Shown: positions 1-12,740 of the stretch, piece by piece
Position numbering within the stretch: the stretch's first letter is position 1
How the letters are laid out: every line of letters starts with the position of its first letter
Source of the DNA: the human T2T-CHM13v2.0 reference genome, Homo sapiens
Length of the DNA stretch: 64,000 bases
Direction: 5' to 3' (one strand)
Assembly (NCBI RefSeq): GCF_009914755.1
Contig: NC_060925.1
Translations under genes and position numbers: made by a program
The notes under the pieces: model-generated
Told to the model about the DNA's origin: nothing
What the model saw: the letters and a program-made list of their open reading frames with translations, nothing else
Database searches by the model: none

Positions 1-185
1 CATAGTTTTACTCTTCTGCATATGGATATCCAGTTTTTCCAACACCATTTATTAAAGAGATCGTCTTTTCCTCAGCATTTATTCTTAGTACCTTTGTCAA
101 AAATAAGTTCATTTTAGGTGTGTGGATTTGTTTTTGGGTTCTCTATTCTGTTCCACTGGTTTAGATGTCTGTTTTTATGCCAGTA
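1..185 (-). mobile_element. LINE-1 ORF2 fragment (L1MA/L1PB-type), runs off window start
   Basis: Antisense L1 text 'ttctgcatatggatatccagtttttccaacaccatttatt...gtacctttgtcaaaaataag...tttttatgccagta'. Confidence 0.85.
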
Positions 186-324
186 AACATTATTTTTCAA
201 AACTAATTACAAATATATCATGTTCATTGCTGCTTCTTTTTTCTCTATGTAGAAATCTTTATTGAAAGATTGGCTTCTTGCCACCTATTTTTTTCTAGTT
301 ATTTCATACTTTTATTTCTAAATT

Positions 325-1146
325 TTTTAAATAATTTCAACTTTTATTTTAGATTCAGGGTGTATATGTGCAGGTTAGTTACATGCTTATGTTGCATGAT
401 GCTGAGGTTTGGGATACCAATGATTCTATCATCCTGAGAATAACCATAGTACCCAACAGCTAGTTTTTCAATAATTGTCCCACATCCTTCCTCCCCACTC
501 TGTTAGTCCCCAGTGTCTATTGTTGCCATTTTTATGTCCATGAGTACCCAATGTTTATCTTCCATTTATAAGTGAAAATGTGATATTTGGTTTTCTGTTA
601 GTGTTAATATGCAGACACTTCTCAAAACATACAAGTAACCAACAAACATATGAAAATGTGCTCAACCTCACTAATCATCAGAGAAATGAGAATTAAAACC
701 AAAATTATAACTTACATCAGTAAGAATGACTATCATTAAAAAGTCCAAATCAACATAGATGCAGGGGAGGCTGTGAAGAAAAGAAAATGCTTATACCCTG
801 TTGGTGGGAATGTAAATTAGTTAAGCCACTGTGGAAAGCCATCTGGAGATTTCTCAGAGAAGTAAAAACAGAGATACCATTCAACCCAGCAATCTCATTA
901 GTAGGTGTATATCCAAAGAAATACATAAATCATTTTACCAAAAAAATCATGCAGTCATATGTTTATTGCAGCACTATTCACAATAGAAAATTCATGGAAT
1001 CAACCTAGGTGCCCATTAACGATGGATTGAATAAAGAAAATGTAATAGATATACACCATGGAATACTACACAGCCATATGAAAGAACAAAATTATGCCAT
1101 TTGCAGCAACATGAATGCAGTTAGAGTCCATTATCCTAAGCAAATT
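325..1146 (-). mobile_element. 5'-inverted (twin-primed) L1 3' end, L1PA16/L1PB4-like
   Basis: 325-607 is an antisense L1 3'UTR ('ttcaacttttattttagattcaggg...gatgctgaggtttggg'). 610-1146 is sense ORF2-end/3'UTR stopping at 'ttatcctaagcaaatt', the consensus point where the antisense part resumes ('attaac...agaaaaccaaat'). Confidence 0.8.
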
Positions 1147-1820
1147 TCACTGCTTATTGATGATGCCCTTCAACCTATTCATATTGCCACTTCCAAGTAG
1201 TAATTACTTTTCTTGTACATATACTTTTCTTTTTTTTTAACTAAATCTTCTCTGTTCCTTGTAAAGAATATTATTGTTGGCACTCAAAAGTTAGTGAACT
1301 ATACATAATTCACCTGTGGCCTAACTAATTTCTTTAAGAAATCACACTAATTACCCATATACTTAAGTTTTTATTGATGCATTATTTCTAGAGGAAATAA
1401 ATACTGCTAACACGGCATTAGTGAGAGAGTAAAAAAAAAAAAGTATTTTCTCAAAAAGTGCTATCATTTTAGAATAAACTTATACTAAAAACTTCTTTAT
1501 AAACCCTTTACACACTTTTTATTCTGAGACAATTCAAAAAAACTAAAAGAAAAAGGATTATTGTTTATTCATCTTATAAGCCACCCTCTTGAAAAGTTAC
1601 GGCCTTTATAGCCAGTATAATCTGTATTACACTGAGGTAACAGAATAAAAAGCAAATTCCTTCTGTTGGGCCTTGCCTTATCCAGTAATAGTGTTCAGCT
1701 TTGACTTTTTTTGTAGGTCACATAATTGAGTCCAGTATTCTTAAATAACACCTTGTCTTTATATCGATAAGCATTTAAAATATTCGATTTATTGTTACTC
1801 TTGTACCTTCATTGTACTGG

Positions 1821-1855
1821 AAGAAGAATTTTCTCTCAAAGAAGAATTTTCTCTC
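1821..1855. repeat. 18-bp tandem duplication
   Basis: aagaagaattttctctc(a) x2, starting at 1821 and 1839. Confidence 0.9.
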
Positions 1856-3950
1856 TCATTCCATAAAACCCAAGTTGCAGAGAAAAATATGTAGACATTC
1901 AATTGCAGAGAAATGTGTCATTTTCTGTAACTTTAAACTGTATATTGAATGAATTCAGCAATGTTTTCATTTTCATTTTGGCTTTTTGGCAAATATTAAC
2001 AGGCTCAAGTTTGTCCATGTACTATCATCTATGTAAAAATCTCAAAACATTCTTATAATAATCATTTGAAATATATATAGTGTAATGTTAAATTTATGTC
2101 TGAGACCACATTTATTTTTTCACTTTTTGTATTTAGTTCTTTACACATGACCTAACACTTAATAGATTATCAAAATGTATCTTCTGGAATTAAAAAAAAA
2201 TTGCATGTAATTTGTACAACATGTACTGGAAAAAATTTACCAACAATTTTATTTTGTCTGTCATTTTATTGGAGAATATTTATTGTCTTAAAAAATAATA
2301 CAGTTTTCAAGTACAAGGACTTTGTAATGTTTTTACAAAATATACAAAATATATAAAATATTTCTAAAAATTTAATACAGTGAAGAAATATACTTTACAA
2401 TGGTAAATTATAATATCATTACATAAAATGCAGATTACATATAGTCAAACATTCTCTTGAAAAAATTTAAGTGGCCTATAAAATGCTGTATTCATGCATA
2501 TAATTCCATTATAATTCTTAAGCAGTTTGCTGTTCTTCCGGCATTTAAACAGATTGTTGTTTGTTTGAACATCAAATGTAGATGTTTTTGTTCCTATAAA
2601 GCCATATTTTAAATAAATGCATATACAACGAAATCATATATAGTGATAAGCACATAGAACTTGAAACCATCTGAAAAATAATGCAGAACAAAATTGCTTA
2701 TCTATATTCACTAGGCACATATGTTTATTGATAAAATGAGAAGTGGAAAAATCTGAATTATGTAAAATTATCTCTCCTTTACCTTTTCAAATTTACATAA
2801 CATAATCAAACTCTTCATAATTTAGTAATGAACAACATAATACTTCCTTGCATATGCAGTGTATTGTGTGCATAAAATCAATATTAGGTATAAAAAATCC
2901 ATGGCAATAAGGCTAGAAAGAAAGTGCCATAGTAGTGATTATCTCATAGCAAAAAAGTATGACAATATTTTTTCCCTCTGACTCTTGGATTTCTCAATTT
3001 TCTAGAAACAATGCAGATTGCTTTTATAACATTTAATTCTAAACCTTTTAACATTTAAGATAAGTTTTGAAATATTCCGTATACATTCTAATTCTGAAAG
3101 CATTTCTTGTGATTTTGCATAGAGTTTAGGAACATTAAAATTCTACTTAAAAATTTATCATGTTTTGTGATAATTCTCCATTCTTTTTTTTTAATCTTGA
3201 AATTTTACAAGCACAGCCACATCAGAGAGGGTGAAAATTAAAACTGAAGATGAAAAAGAATTTTTGGAATTGGATCATTGAAGAACATGGGGTAGAAAAT
3301 GCCAGAAAAGTAAAGGGAGCCAAGGTTTGAAAGCAGAATAAATATAGTATTAGTGTAGTGGGTATAGAAAGAGGCAGAAAGACTAATCTCAGTGAATCAA
3401 AACATTCTTGTAAGCAAGAAACACAATTGTGTTTAACTGAAGACAGGTTAGCTGCAACAGCCTCGAATGTCAAACATGGACATGCAGTTAATGGGGAGTC
3501 ATTAACGGTTTCAGAAAAGTTAATGATATGATAAATGGTAGTTTTGGGGATTATTCTGGTTCGTGAAATTTAAAATAAATTTTATTCTGATATTTTTGAC
3601 ATTTAAACCTAGTAAACAAAGGTTGCAACCACACAATCTTATCATGATGTATCCTACTAATAAAATTTATGTCATGGTTTATATTCCCAAACTAGAAACA
3701 CAATCTGAAATTGAAGTTAATAAAATCAGCATGGCATATGTGATTAGTCATGTGTAGAAGCTTTCTGCCACTAAAAGTCATGTGTAAATGTGTTACTGAT
3801 GTAACCTAAGCAATTTCTAAATTTCCCTCATGAAACTAATTTCAAATCACATTGAGAAGACTAAAGAAGTAATGCAAGATAAGATTTGTCTTACATGTGC
3901 AACATAAAATCTATGGCAAAAGACAAGTGAGCATAAAGATAAGAATATAA

Positions 3951-4381
<431 letters not shown>

Positions 4382-5298
4382 TTATGTAACTATAACCAAA
4401 CAATTACAATAATAAAGGTTGATGAATAATCTATTAATACTTGGCAATAATCTTCACTATAATAATAAAGGTTTCTTGGATCCCATGCTACTTTCACCTA
4501 GGTCTCTGGTCTTTTTAGTGAGTTTGTCTGTCAGTAAGGATTGTTCTATGAAAGTGAACTTCCCCAGTTATCTTGTGTCATTTAGTGGTTAGATAAACAT
4601 TTTTTGAAGCTTTTCATACATGAGACAATATGCACAACCTAAGTAAAGGCTACAAAGATGAAAAAATCACCATCTGTACCTTAAGGAGTCCACTGTGTAT
4701 TGAGAGTGGCAAACATGCAAACAGTAGTTTCAATGTAATGTAATAAATATGATGATTGAAGCAGATAGAGAGTTAAGGAGTAATTGGTAAGCTTGAATAG
4801 TCAAAAGAAGAGAAGTATCTTCTTATAAGATACTTCTTATGAGAAGTTATTATAAAAGAAGTAATCTAAGATGGGTCTTTAGGAATAAGAAAGCTTTAGC
4901 AAGCTATGAAAGTTAAAATTGGCATTATAGGCAGAAAGAGTAATTTTTTTAAAGAACTTGAAGTACATAATGAATAGAATAAATAAAGACAGCTCAGCAA
5001 AACTGAGCTATAAAAATTTAAGTTTAGGCAAGGTGACAGATGAGGATTGGTTACTCAATGCCAATCATTGAAGGGATGACATTTTTATTTCTTCTAACTC
5101 TATGAAATTGAAGCTCAGCATTTACAGTGAGGTATTTTCAGCAACTTCCTGCCCAATTAAAATTGATTCATTTTCCTGTATTAGGCAAAATCTCACCATA
5201 TTCTACCACTTTTTTTCAGCCAACCACTCAGATAATCTTAAAATCACTTTTAGTGCAATGTTACCAATGATTGCTTTGAGGAACATGAAGTAATTTTC

Positions 5299-5492
5299 CT
5301 GTGCATCCTAAACTTGGATCACATATCACATCAAAATCACCTGACGGAGACATTTCCAATGCATATTAATCATTTTTCTCTGGAAATTTTGATTTCATCA
5401 GTCTGGGTTTGTGTTAATTTATCTGTATTTATTGTTGGACTTTTTAATAATTCTGATGCAATCAGTTAACAAAGCAGAGCTTGAAAACCATT
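5299..5492. mobile_element. MER5-like hAT-Charlie DNA transposon relic
   Basis: 'aaacttgg...catcaaaatcacctg...tgatttcatcagtctggg...tctgatgc...cttgaaaaccat' follows the MER5A layout but is highly diverged. Confidence 0.45.
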
Positions 5493-5572
5493 TGGTGTTT
5501 CATGCATTTCTGGTGGACATTTGATTATATAAAATAATTACAAAACAAGGTGAGAGGGAATTATGTTTAATG

Positions 5573-5654
5573 TTTGAATATTATATATATTTGAATGTAT
5601 TTTGATTATATTTTGAATATATTTGAATATATTTTGAATATATATATAATTTGA
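5573..5654. repeat. Degenerate ~12-bp AT-rich tandem repeat (TATATTTTGAA)
   Basis: Several successive 'tat(t)tttgaat' units. Confidence 0.7.
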
Positions 5655-5972
5655 CCACATATTTTGTCTCTACAATAATAAGATTAGAAATGTGCAGAAA
5701 TTAATAAAAAAACAAACAAACAAACAAAAAACAGGCAGCCAAAAGCATGGAAGAAAAGAGTTGGAGAGAAAGGAAAACTGACAGTTGTCTAGTGTGGAAA
5801 AAAGAGAAGGGAAAGAAAGTGGCATGTTTTTTGTACATTATTTCATTGTATCTAAATTATAAGCAAATGGTAATAATAAGAAAGCCAATAATACAAGCAT
5901 TGAGATTGTAGTGCCGACACTGATTTATGGGAAAGAAGTGTACTCAATTTTGCTGCATAATGTTAAGCAGGC

Positions 5973-6000
5973 AAAAAAAAAAAAAAAAAAAAAAAAAAAA
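5973..6000 (+). repeat. Poly(A) tract (28 nt)
   Basis: Uninterrupted A run with no recognisable retroelement body upstream. Confidence 0.95.
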
Positions 6001-7874
6001 GCAGAAAAAAAAGAGTCATTCTCCAAGAAGTGTGACTTTTATTACTGCTAACTTGTTTTATTTCATACTTAATTGAAAATAAAAGGTCTAAAAAGTACTC
6101 AGGTTGAACCCAAAGTCCTCTGCTATAGGTAACATCTTCAGGAACTTTATTAAGTGAAGGGATGGGGTGGCAGTGGTAGAGTGGATGACTATTTGCTTCT
6201 GACAGGGTGCCTGTTTATGTATTATACAAAATAATATTGAATATATATTATTAAGAAATCTGTTAAAAATTAAGTAAAACTCAGATTCATGTTCTTAAAA
6301 GGCACAACATTTGCTATGGCAACAAGATAAAAAATGTTTAAGTACCAAAAATGTATATTAACTGCAAACATTTTCATATAAACAAAACAATGTATCTATT
6401 TATATCAATAACTCATATGCCCAAAAATATTTTTTTAAAAGATTGAAATAACTTTATACTTAATGTTACCACTGTATTCTAAAATAATATATATTATTTG
6501 CATATATATACTATAAATAATTTATTTTGTTATTAATTATTAAGTCAACAAATAATTCTTTGAAACCTACAAAATGCTGCTTTCTGTTATAGGCACTGAA
6601 TATAGAATTGATATAAAATGTATTCTTGTGGGGGAGGGGCCAAGATAGCAGACTAGAAATAGCTGTGGTCAGAGGCTCCCACCAAGAACAAAAATGGCAA
6701 GTGAATTCTGAACTTCCAACTGAGGTATACAAATTCTCTCATTGGGACTGAGTAGTCAGTTGGCAGGACCACAGAGAGTAAGAAAAGACAGGGTGGTGTG
6801 ACGGCCAACCTGGGAGACACACAGGGCAAAGCGAGCTCCCACTTTCAGACAAGGGAGGCAGGGAGTGATCATGCTACCCTGCTGGGAAAACACGTTTTTG
6901 CCACAGATTCGTGCAACCCGCAGATCAGGAGATTCCTTTTTTGAGCCCATGCCACCACTGCCTTGGGTCCCCATCACAGAGCTATGCAGATTCTCAGTGG
7001 CCACTTGGCTGCAGACTGCCTGAGACTACCAAGTTCCCAGGAGAAGGGGAAGCCATCATCACTGAAGCTGCTGGCTGCCTAAAACAAGTGAGCTCCCTGG
7101 GGGAGGGGCAGCAGCCATCACTGCAGCTCCAGTCTGCCATTATTCCCCTGCAGATGTCAGAGAGACTGGACACTTTGAACCCTGGGGAAATTCCCCACAG
7201 TGCAGCACAGCCGCTGTGGCAGATCATGACAAGACTGCCTCTTTAGGCTGGACCCTGACCCATCCCTCCTCACTGGGCGGGACCTCACTGCAGGAATTTC
7301 AGCAACTCCGGCCAAGGGTATAGGGACAGAACTCTTAGCTCCCTGGAATTGAGCCACTGCGGGGAGGAGCGCCTGTGGTCTCCACAGATCAGCAGATTCA
7401 GTCGTTCCCCTGGATGGCTCTGAGGAATCCTGGCAGTCCAGACAAGTGGGATTTCCCCAGGACAGCACACCCCCTTCACCAAGGGGCAGCCAGAGTGTGT
7501 TGCTAAGTGGGTCACAGATCCCATGCCTCCTGACTGGGTGAGACCCCCTAACAGGGGTTGCCAGACATCTTATAGAGGAGTATTCCTGCTGGAATCAGGT
7601 CAGTGCCCATCTGGGACAGAAATCCCAGAGGAAGAAGCAGACAGCCATCTTTGCTGTTCTGCAGCCTCCACTGGTGACACTTTCAGGTGTGGGAGGGACC
7701 CAGGTTAATAGGTTCTGGAGTGGGCCCAGAGCAAACCATAGCAGCCCTATGGAAGAAGGGCCTGACTATTAAAAGAAAAGCAAGCAAACAGAAAGCAACA
7801 ACAGCAACAAAAATGTCCCCACAAAAACTGCATCCAAATGTTAGCAGCCTCAAAGATCGAAGCTAGATAAACGC

Positions 7875-8893
7875 ATGAAGATGAAAACGAATCAACAACA
7901 AAAAGCTAAAAACTCAAAAAGCCACAATGCCTCTTCTCCTCCAAATGATCACAACACCTCTCTAGCAAGGGCACAGAACTGGGTGAAGGATGAGATGGAT
8001 GAATTGACAGAAATAGGCTTCAAAATGTGGGTAATAATAACGAACTTCATTGAGCTAAAGGACCATATTCTATTCTAATGTGAAGAAGCTAACAGGCATG
8101 ACAAAACATTACAGGAGCTGTTAACAAGAATAAACAGTTTAGAGAGGAACATAAGTGACCTGATTGAGCTGAAAAACGCAACCCAGGAATTTCACAATGC
8201 AACCACAAGTATCAATAACTGAATAGACAAAGCAGAATTTCAGAGCTTGAAGCCCGTTTTACTGAAATAAGACAGGCAGACGAGATTAGAGAAAAAAAGA
8301 ATGAAAAGAAATGAACAAAACCTCCGAGAACTATGAGATTATGTAAAAAGACTGAACCTATAACTGACTGGGGTACCTGAGACAGGGAGAATGGAACCAA
8401 ATTGGAAAACATACTTCACGATATCATCCAGGAGAACTCCTCCAACCTAGCAATACTGGCCAACATTCAAATTTAGGAAATCCAGAGAACCCCAGTAAGA
8501 CACTTCATGAGAACATCAACCCTAAGACACATAATTATCAGATTTTCCAAGGTTGAAATGAAGAAAAAAATGTTAAGGCATCCAGAAAGAAAGGCCAAGT
8601 CACCTATAAAGGGAAGCCCATCAGCCTAACAGCAGACCTCTCAGCAGAAACCCTACAAGCCAGAAGAGATTGGGGGCCAATATTCAACATTCTTAAAGAA
8701 AAGAATTTCCAACCAAGAATTTCATATCTGGCCAAACTAAGCGTCATAAGTTAAGAAGAGAGAAATAAGTTTCTTTTCAGACAAGCAAATGCTAAGGGAA
8801 TTTGCCACCACTAGACCTGCCTTGGAACAGCTCCTCAAGGAAGCACTAAAAATGGAAAGAAAAAACTGTTACCAGCCACTAAAAAAATACTGA
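7875..8893 (+). pseudogene. L1 ORF1p remnant (frameshifted, with stops)
   Basis: ORF 7875-8078 reads ...KNSKSHNASSPPNDHNTSLARAQNW...DEMDELTEIGF, the ORF1p N-terminus. Downstream frames are broken. Confidence 0.9.
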
Positions 8894-8963
8894 AGTACAC
8901 AGAGCAGTAACATTATGAAGCAACTACATGAAGAAGCCTACAAAATAACCAGCTAGCATCATG

Positions 8964-11900
8964 ATGACAGTGTCAAATTCACACATAACAATATTAACCT
9001 TAAACGTAAATGGACTAAATGCCCCAATTAAAAGACACAGAATGGCAAGCTGGATAAAGAGTTGAGATCCATTGGTGTGCTATGTTCAAGTGGCCTATCT
9101 CACATGCAAAGAAACACATAGGCTCCAAATAAAGGGATGGAGGAAAATTTACCAAGCAAATGGAAAGCAGAAAAAAGCAGGGGTTGCAATACTAGTTTCT
9201 GATAAAACAGACTTTAAATCAACAAAGATCAAAAAAGACTAAAGGCATTACCTAATGGTAAAGGGATCAACTCAAAAGGAAGAGCTAACCATTCAAAATA
9301 TACATGCACCCAATACAGGAGCACCCAAATACATAAAACAAATTCTTAGAGACCTACAAAGAGACTTAGACTCCCATGCAATAATAATGGGGGACTTTAA
9401 CACCCCTCTGTCAATATTAGACAGATCATTGAGACAGAAAATTAACATGGATATTCAGGACTTGCACCCAGCCCTGCATCAAGTAGATGTGATTGATATC
9501 TACAGAACTTCCACCCCAAAGCAACAGAATGTACATTCTTCTCGGTGCCACATGGCACTTACTCTAAAATCAATCACATAATTGGAAGTAAAACACTCCT
9601 CAGCAAATGCAAAATAACTGAATTCATAACAGTCTCTCAGACCACAGTGTAATCAAATTAGATCTCAAGATAAGGAAACTCACCCAAAACCACACAACTA
9701 CATGGAAATTGAACAACTTGCTCCTGAATGACTCCTGGCTAAATAATGCCATTAAGGCAGAAATGAAGAAGTTCTTTGAAACCAAAGAGAACAAAGAGAC
9801 AACATACCAGAATATCTGGGACACAGCTAAGGCCGTGTTAACAGGGAAATTTATAGCACTACATACACACACCAAAAAGCTAGAAAGATCTCAAATCGAC
9901 ACCCTAACATCACAACTAAAACAACCAGATAACCAAAAGCAAACAAACCCCAAATCTAGCAGAAGACAAGTAATAACCAAGGTCAGAGTGGAACTGAGAT
10001 AGAGAAAAGAAAATATTATTCAAAAAAATTAATGAACCCAGGAGCACTTTAAAAAAAAAAAAAAACTAAAATAGACCACTAGAAAGACTAACAAAGAAGA
10101 GAGAATAATCAAATACACACAATAAAAAATGATAAAGGCAATATGGCCATTGCCCCACAAAAATACAAACAAACATCAGAGAATACTATAAACATCTCTA
10201 TGCAAATAAACTAGAATATCTAGAAGAAATGAATAAATTCCTGGACACATACACCCTCCCAAAACTGAATTAGGAAGAATTTGAAACCCTGAATAGACCA
10301 ATAACAAGTTCTGAAATTGAGACAGTAATAAATAGTGTATCAACAAAAAAAAGCACAGGACCAGGTGGATTTACAGCTGAATTCTATTAAAGATACAAAG
10401 AGGAGCTGGTACCATTTCTTCTGAAACTATTACAAACAACTGAAAAGGTGGAATTTCTCCCTAATTCATTTTAGGAGGCCAGCATTATACTGATACCAAA
10501 ACCTGGCAGAGGTACAATAATAAAAGGAAACTTCAAGTCAGTATCACTGATGAACACCAATGTGAAAATCCTCAATAAAATACTGGCAAACTGAATTCAG
10601 CAGCACATCAAAAAGCTAATCCACCACAATCAAGTCAGCTTCATCCCTGCGATGCAAGTCTGGTTCAACATATGCAAATCAATAAATACAATTCATCAGA
10701 TAAACAGAGCTAAAGACAAAATTCACATGATTTTCTCAATAGATGCAGAAAAGGCCTTTGATAGAATTCAGCATCCCTTCTCAAGTTAAAAACTTCTCAA
10801 GGTTTTGAAGAAACATACTTCAAAATGATAAGAGCCATTTATGAAAAACCCACACCCAATAACGTACTAAATGGGCAAAAGCTGGAAGCATTCCCTGTGG
10901 AAACTGACAAGACAAGGGTGCCCTCTCTCACCACTCCTACTTAACATAGTATTGGAAGTTCTGTCTGGGGCAATCAGGCAAGAGAAAGGAAGAAACGGTT
11001 TTCAAATAGCAAAAGAGGGAGTCAAACTGTTTGCAGATTACATGATCCTATATCTAGAAAACTCCATCATCTCAGTACAAAAGTTTCTTAAGCTGATAAG
11101 CAGCTTCAGCAAAGTTTCAGGATACAAAATCAATTTGCAAAATTCACAAGCATTCTTATACACCAACAATAGCAAACGGTGTATTCACAATTCACAACTG
11201 CTACACAGAGAATAAAATATCTAGGAACACAGCTAACAAAGAAAGTGAAGGACCTCTTCAAAAAGAACTACAAATCACTGTTCAAAGAAACAAAAGAGGA
11301 CACAAACAAATGGAAAAACATTCAATGCTTATGAATAGGAAGAATCAATATAGTGAAAATGGCCATAGTGCCCAAAGTAATTTATAGATTCAATCCTATT
11401 CCCATTAAGCTACCATTGACATCTTCACAGAATTAGAAAAACTACTTAAAATATATATTTTATATATATAAAAAATACATTATATATAATATATATTTAT
11501 ATATTTTATATATTATATAAAATATATATAATATATTTTATGTATATATAAAATACATATAAAATTGGCCCATATTGCCAAGACAATACTAAGCAAAAAG
11601 AACAAAGCTGGAAGCATCATGCTAACTGACCTCAAACTATACTACAAGGCTACAGTAACCAAAATAGCATGGTACTGGCACTAAAACAGACACCTGGACC
11701 AATGGAAAAGAATAGAGATCTCAAAAATAACACTGCACATCTGCAATCCTCTGATTCTCCACAAACCTGAAAAAAAAAAAAGAACAAGCAATGGGGAAAG
11801 GATCCCCTATTTAATAAATGGTGTTGGGAAAACTGGCTAGCCATATGTAGAAAGTTGAAACTGGAGCCTTTCCTTACACCTTATACAGAAATTAACTGAA

Positions 11901-12740
11901 GATGGATTAAAGACTTAAATGCAAAACTCCAAACTATAAAAACCCTAGAAGAAAATCTAGGAAATACCATCCAGGACATAGGCACTGCAAAGATTTCATG
12001 ATGAAAACACAAGCAATGGCAACAGAAGCAAAAATAGACAAATGGGATCTAATTAAACTAAAGAGCTTCTGCACAACAAAAGAAGTGAACAGACAACCTA
12101 CAGAATGAACAAAAAATTTTGCCCCCTATCCGTCTGACAAAGGTCTAATATCTAGGATCTATAAGAAACTTAAACACATTTACAAGAAAAAAAGAAACAT
12201 CAAAAAGTGGGCAAATGACATGAACAGACAACTTCTCAAAAGAAAACATTTATGCAGCCAAAAAACATATGAAAAAAAAGCTCATCATTGATCATTAGAG
12301 AAATGCAAATCAAAACCACAATGAGATACCATCTCATGCCAGTAAGAATGGCAATTATTTAAAAAGTCAAGAAACAACAGATGCTGGTGAAGCTTTGGAG
12401 AATAACTACGCTTTTACACTGTTGGAGGGAATGTAAATTAGTTCAACCATTACGGAAGACACTGTGGTGATTCCTCAAAGATCTAGAACCAGAAATACCA
12501 TTTGATCCAGCAATCCCATTACTGAGTATAACCAAAGAAATATAAATCATTCTATTATAAAGATACATGTATGCACATATGTTCATTGCAGCACTATTCA
12601 TAATAGCAAAAACATGGAATCAACCCAAATGTCCATCAATGATAGACTGGATAAAGAAAATGTGATACATACACAACATGGAATATTATGCAGCCATAAA
12701 AAAACAAGATCATGTCCTTTGCAGGGAAATGGATGGAGCT
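8964..12740 (+). pseudogene. L1 ORF2p (endonuclease/reverse transcriptase) remnant
   Basis: Starts MTVSNSHITILTLNVNGLNAPIKRHR. EN motif MGDFNTPLS (ORF 9255). RT motifs RQGCPLSP and FADY, where catalytic FADD is mutated (ORF 10871). Many stops and frameshifts. Confidence 0.92.
11448..11563. repeat. (TA)-rich low-complexity expansion inside L1 ORF2
   Basis: ~115 bp of almost pure A/T between 'actacttaaa' and 'ttggcccatattgcca'. Confidence 0.9.

Noticed and set aside
4600-5060. Possible L2 fragment
   Set aside because: Only faint purine-rich similarity, too diverged to call by eye.
5973-6010. Tail of a processed pseudogene
   Set aside because: No upstream ORF, nearby polyadenylation signal or convincing TSD. 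Treated as a simple A tract.
6756-7524. Antisense ORFs in the L1 5'UTR as ORF0
   Set aside because: ORF0 is described for younger L1PA 5'UTRs. These peptides do not resemble it and are expected by chance in GC-richer sequence.
8964-12740. Active reverse transcriptase or retrotransposition-competent L1
   Set aside because: Multiple stops and frameshifts, FADD mutated to FADY, and a TA expansion within ORF2.
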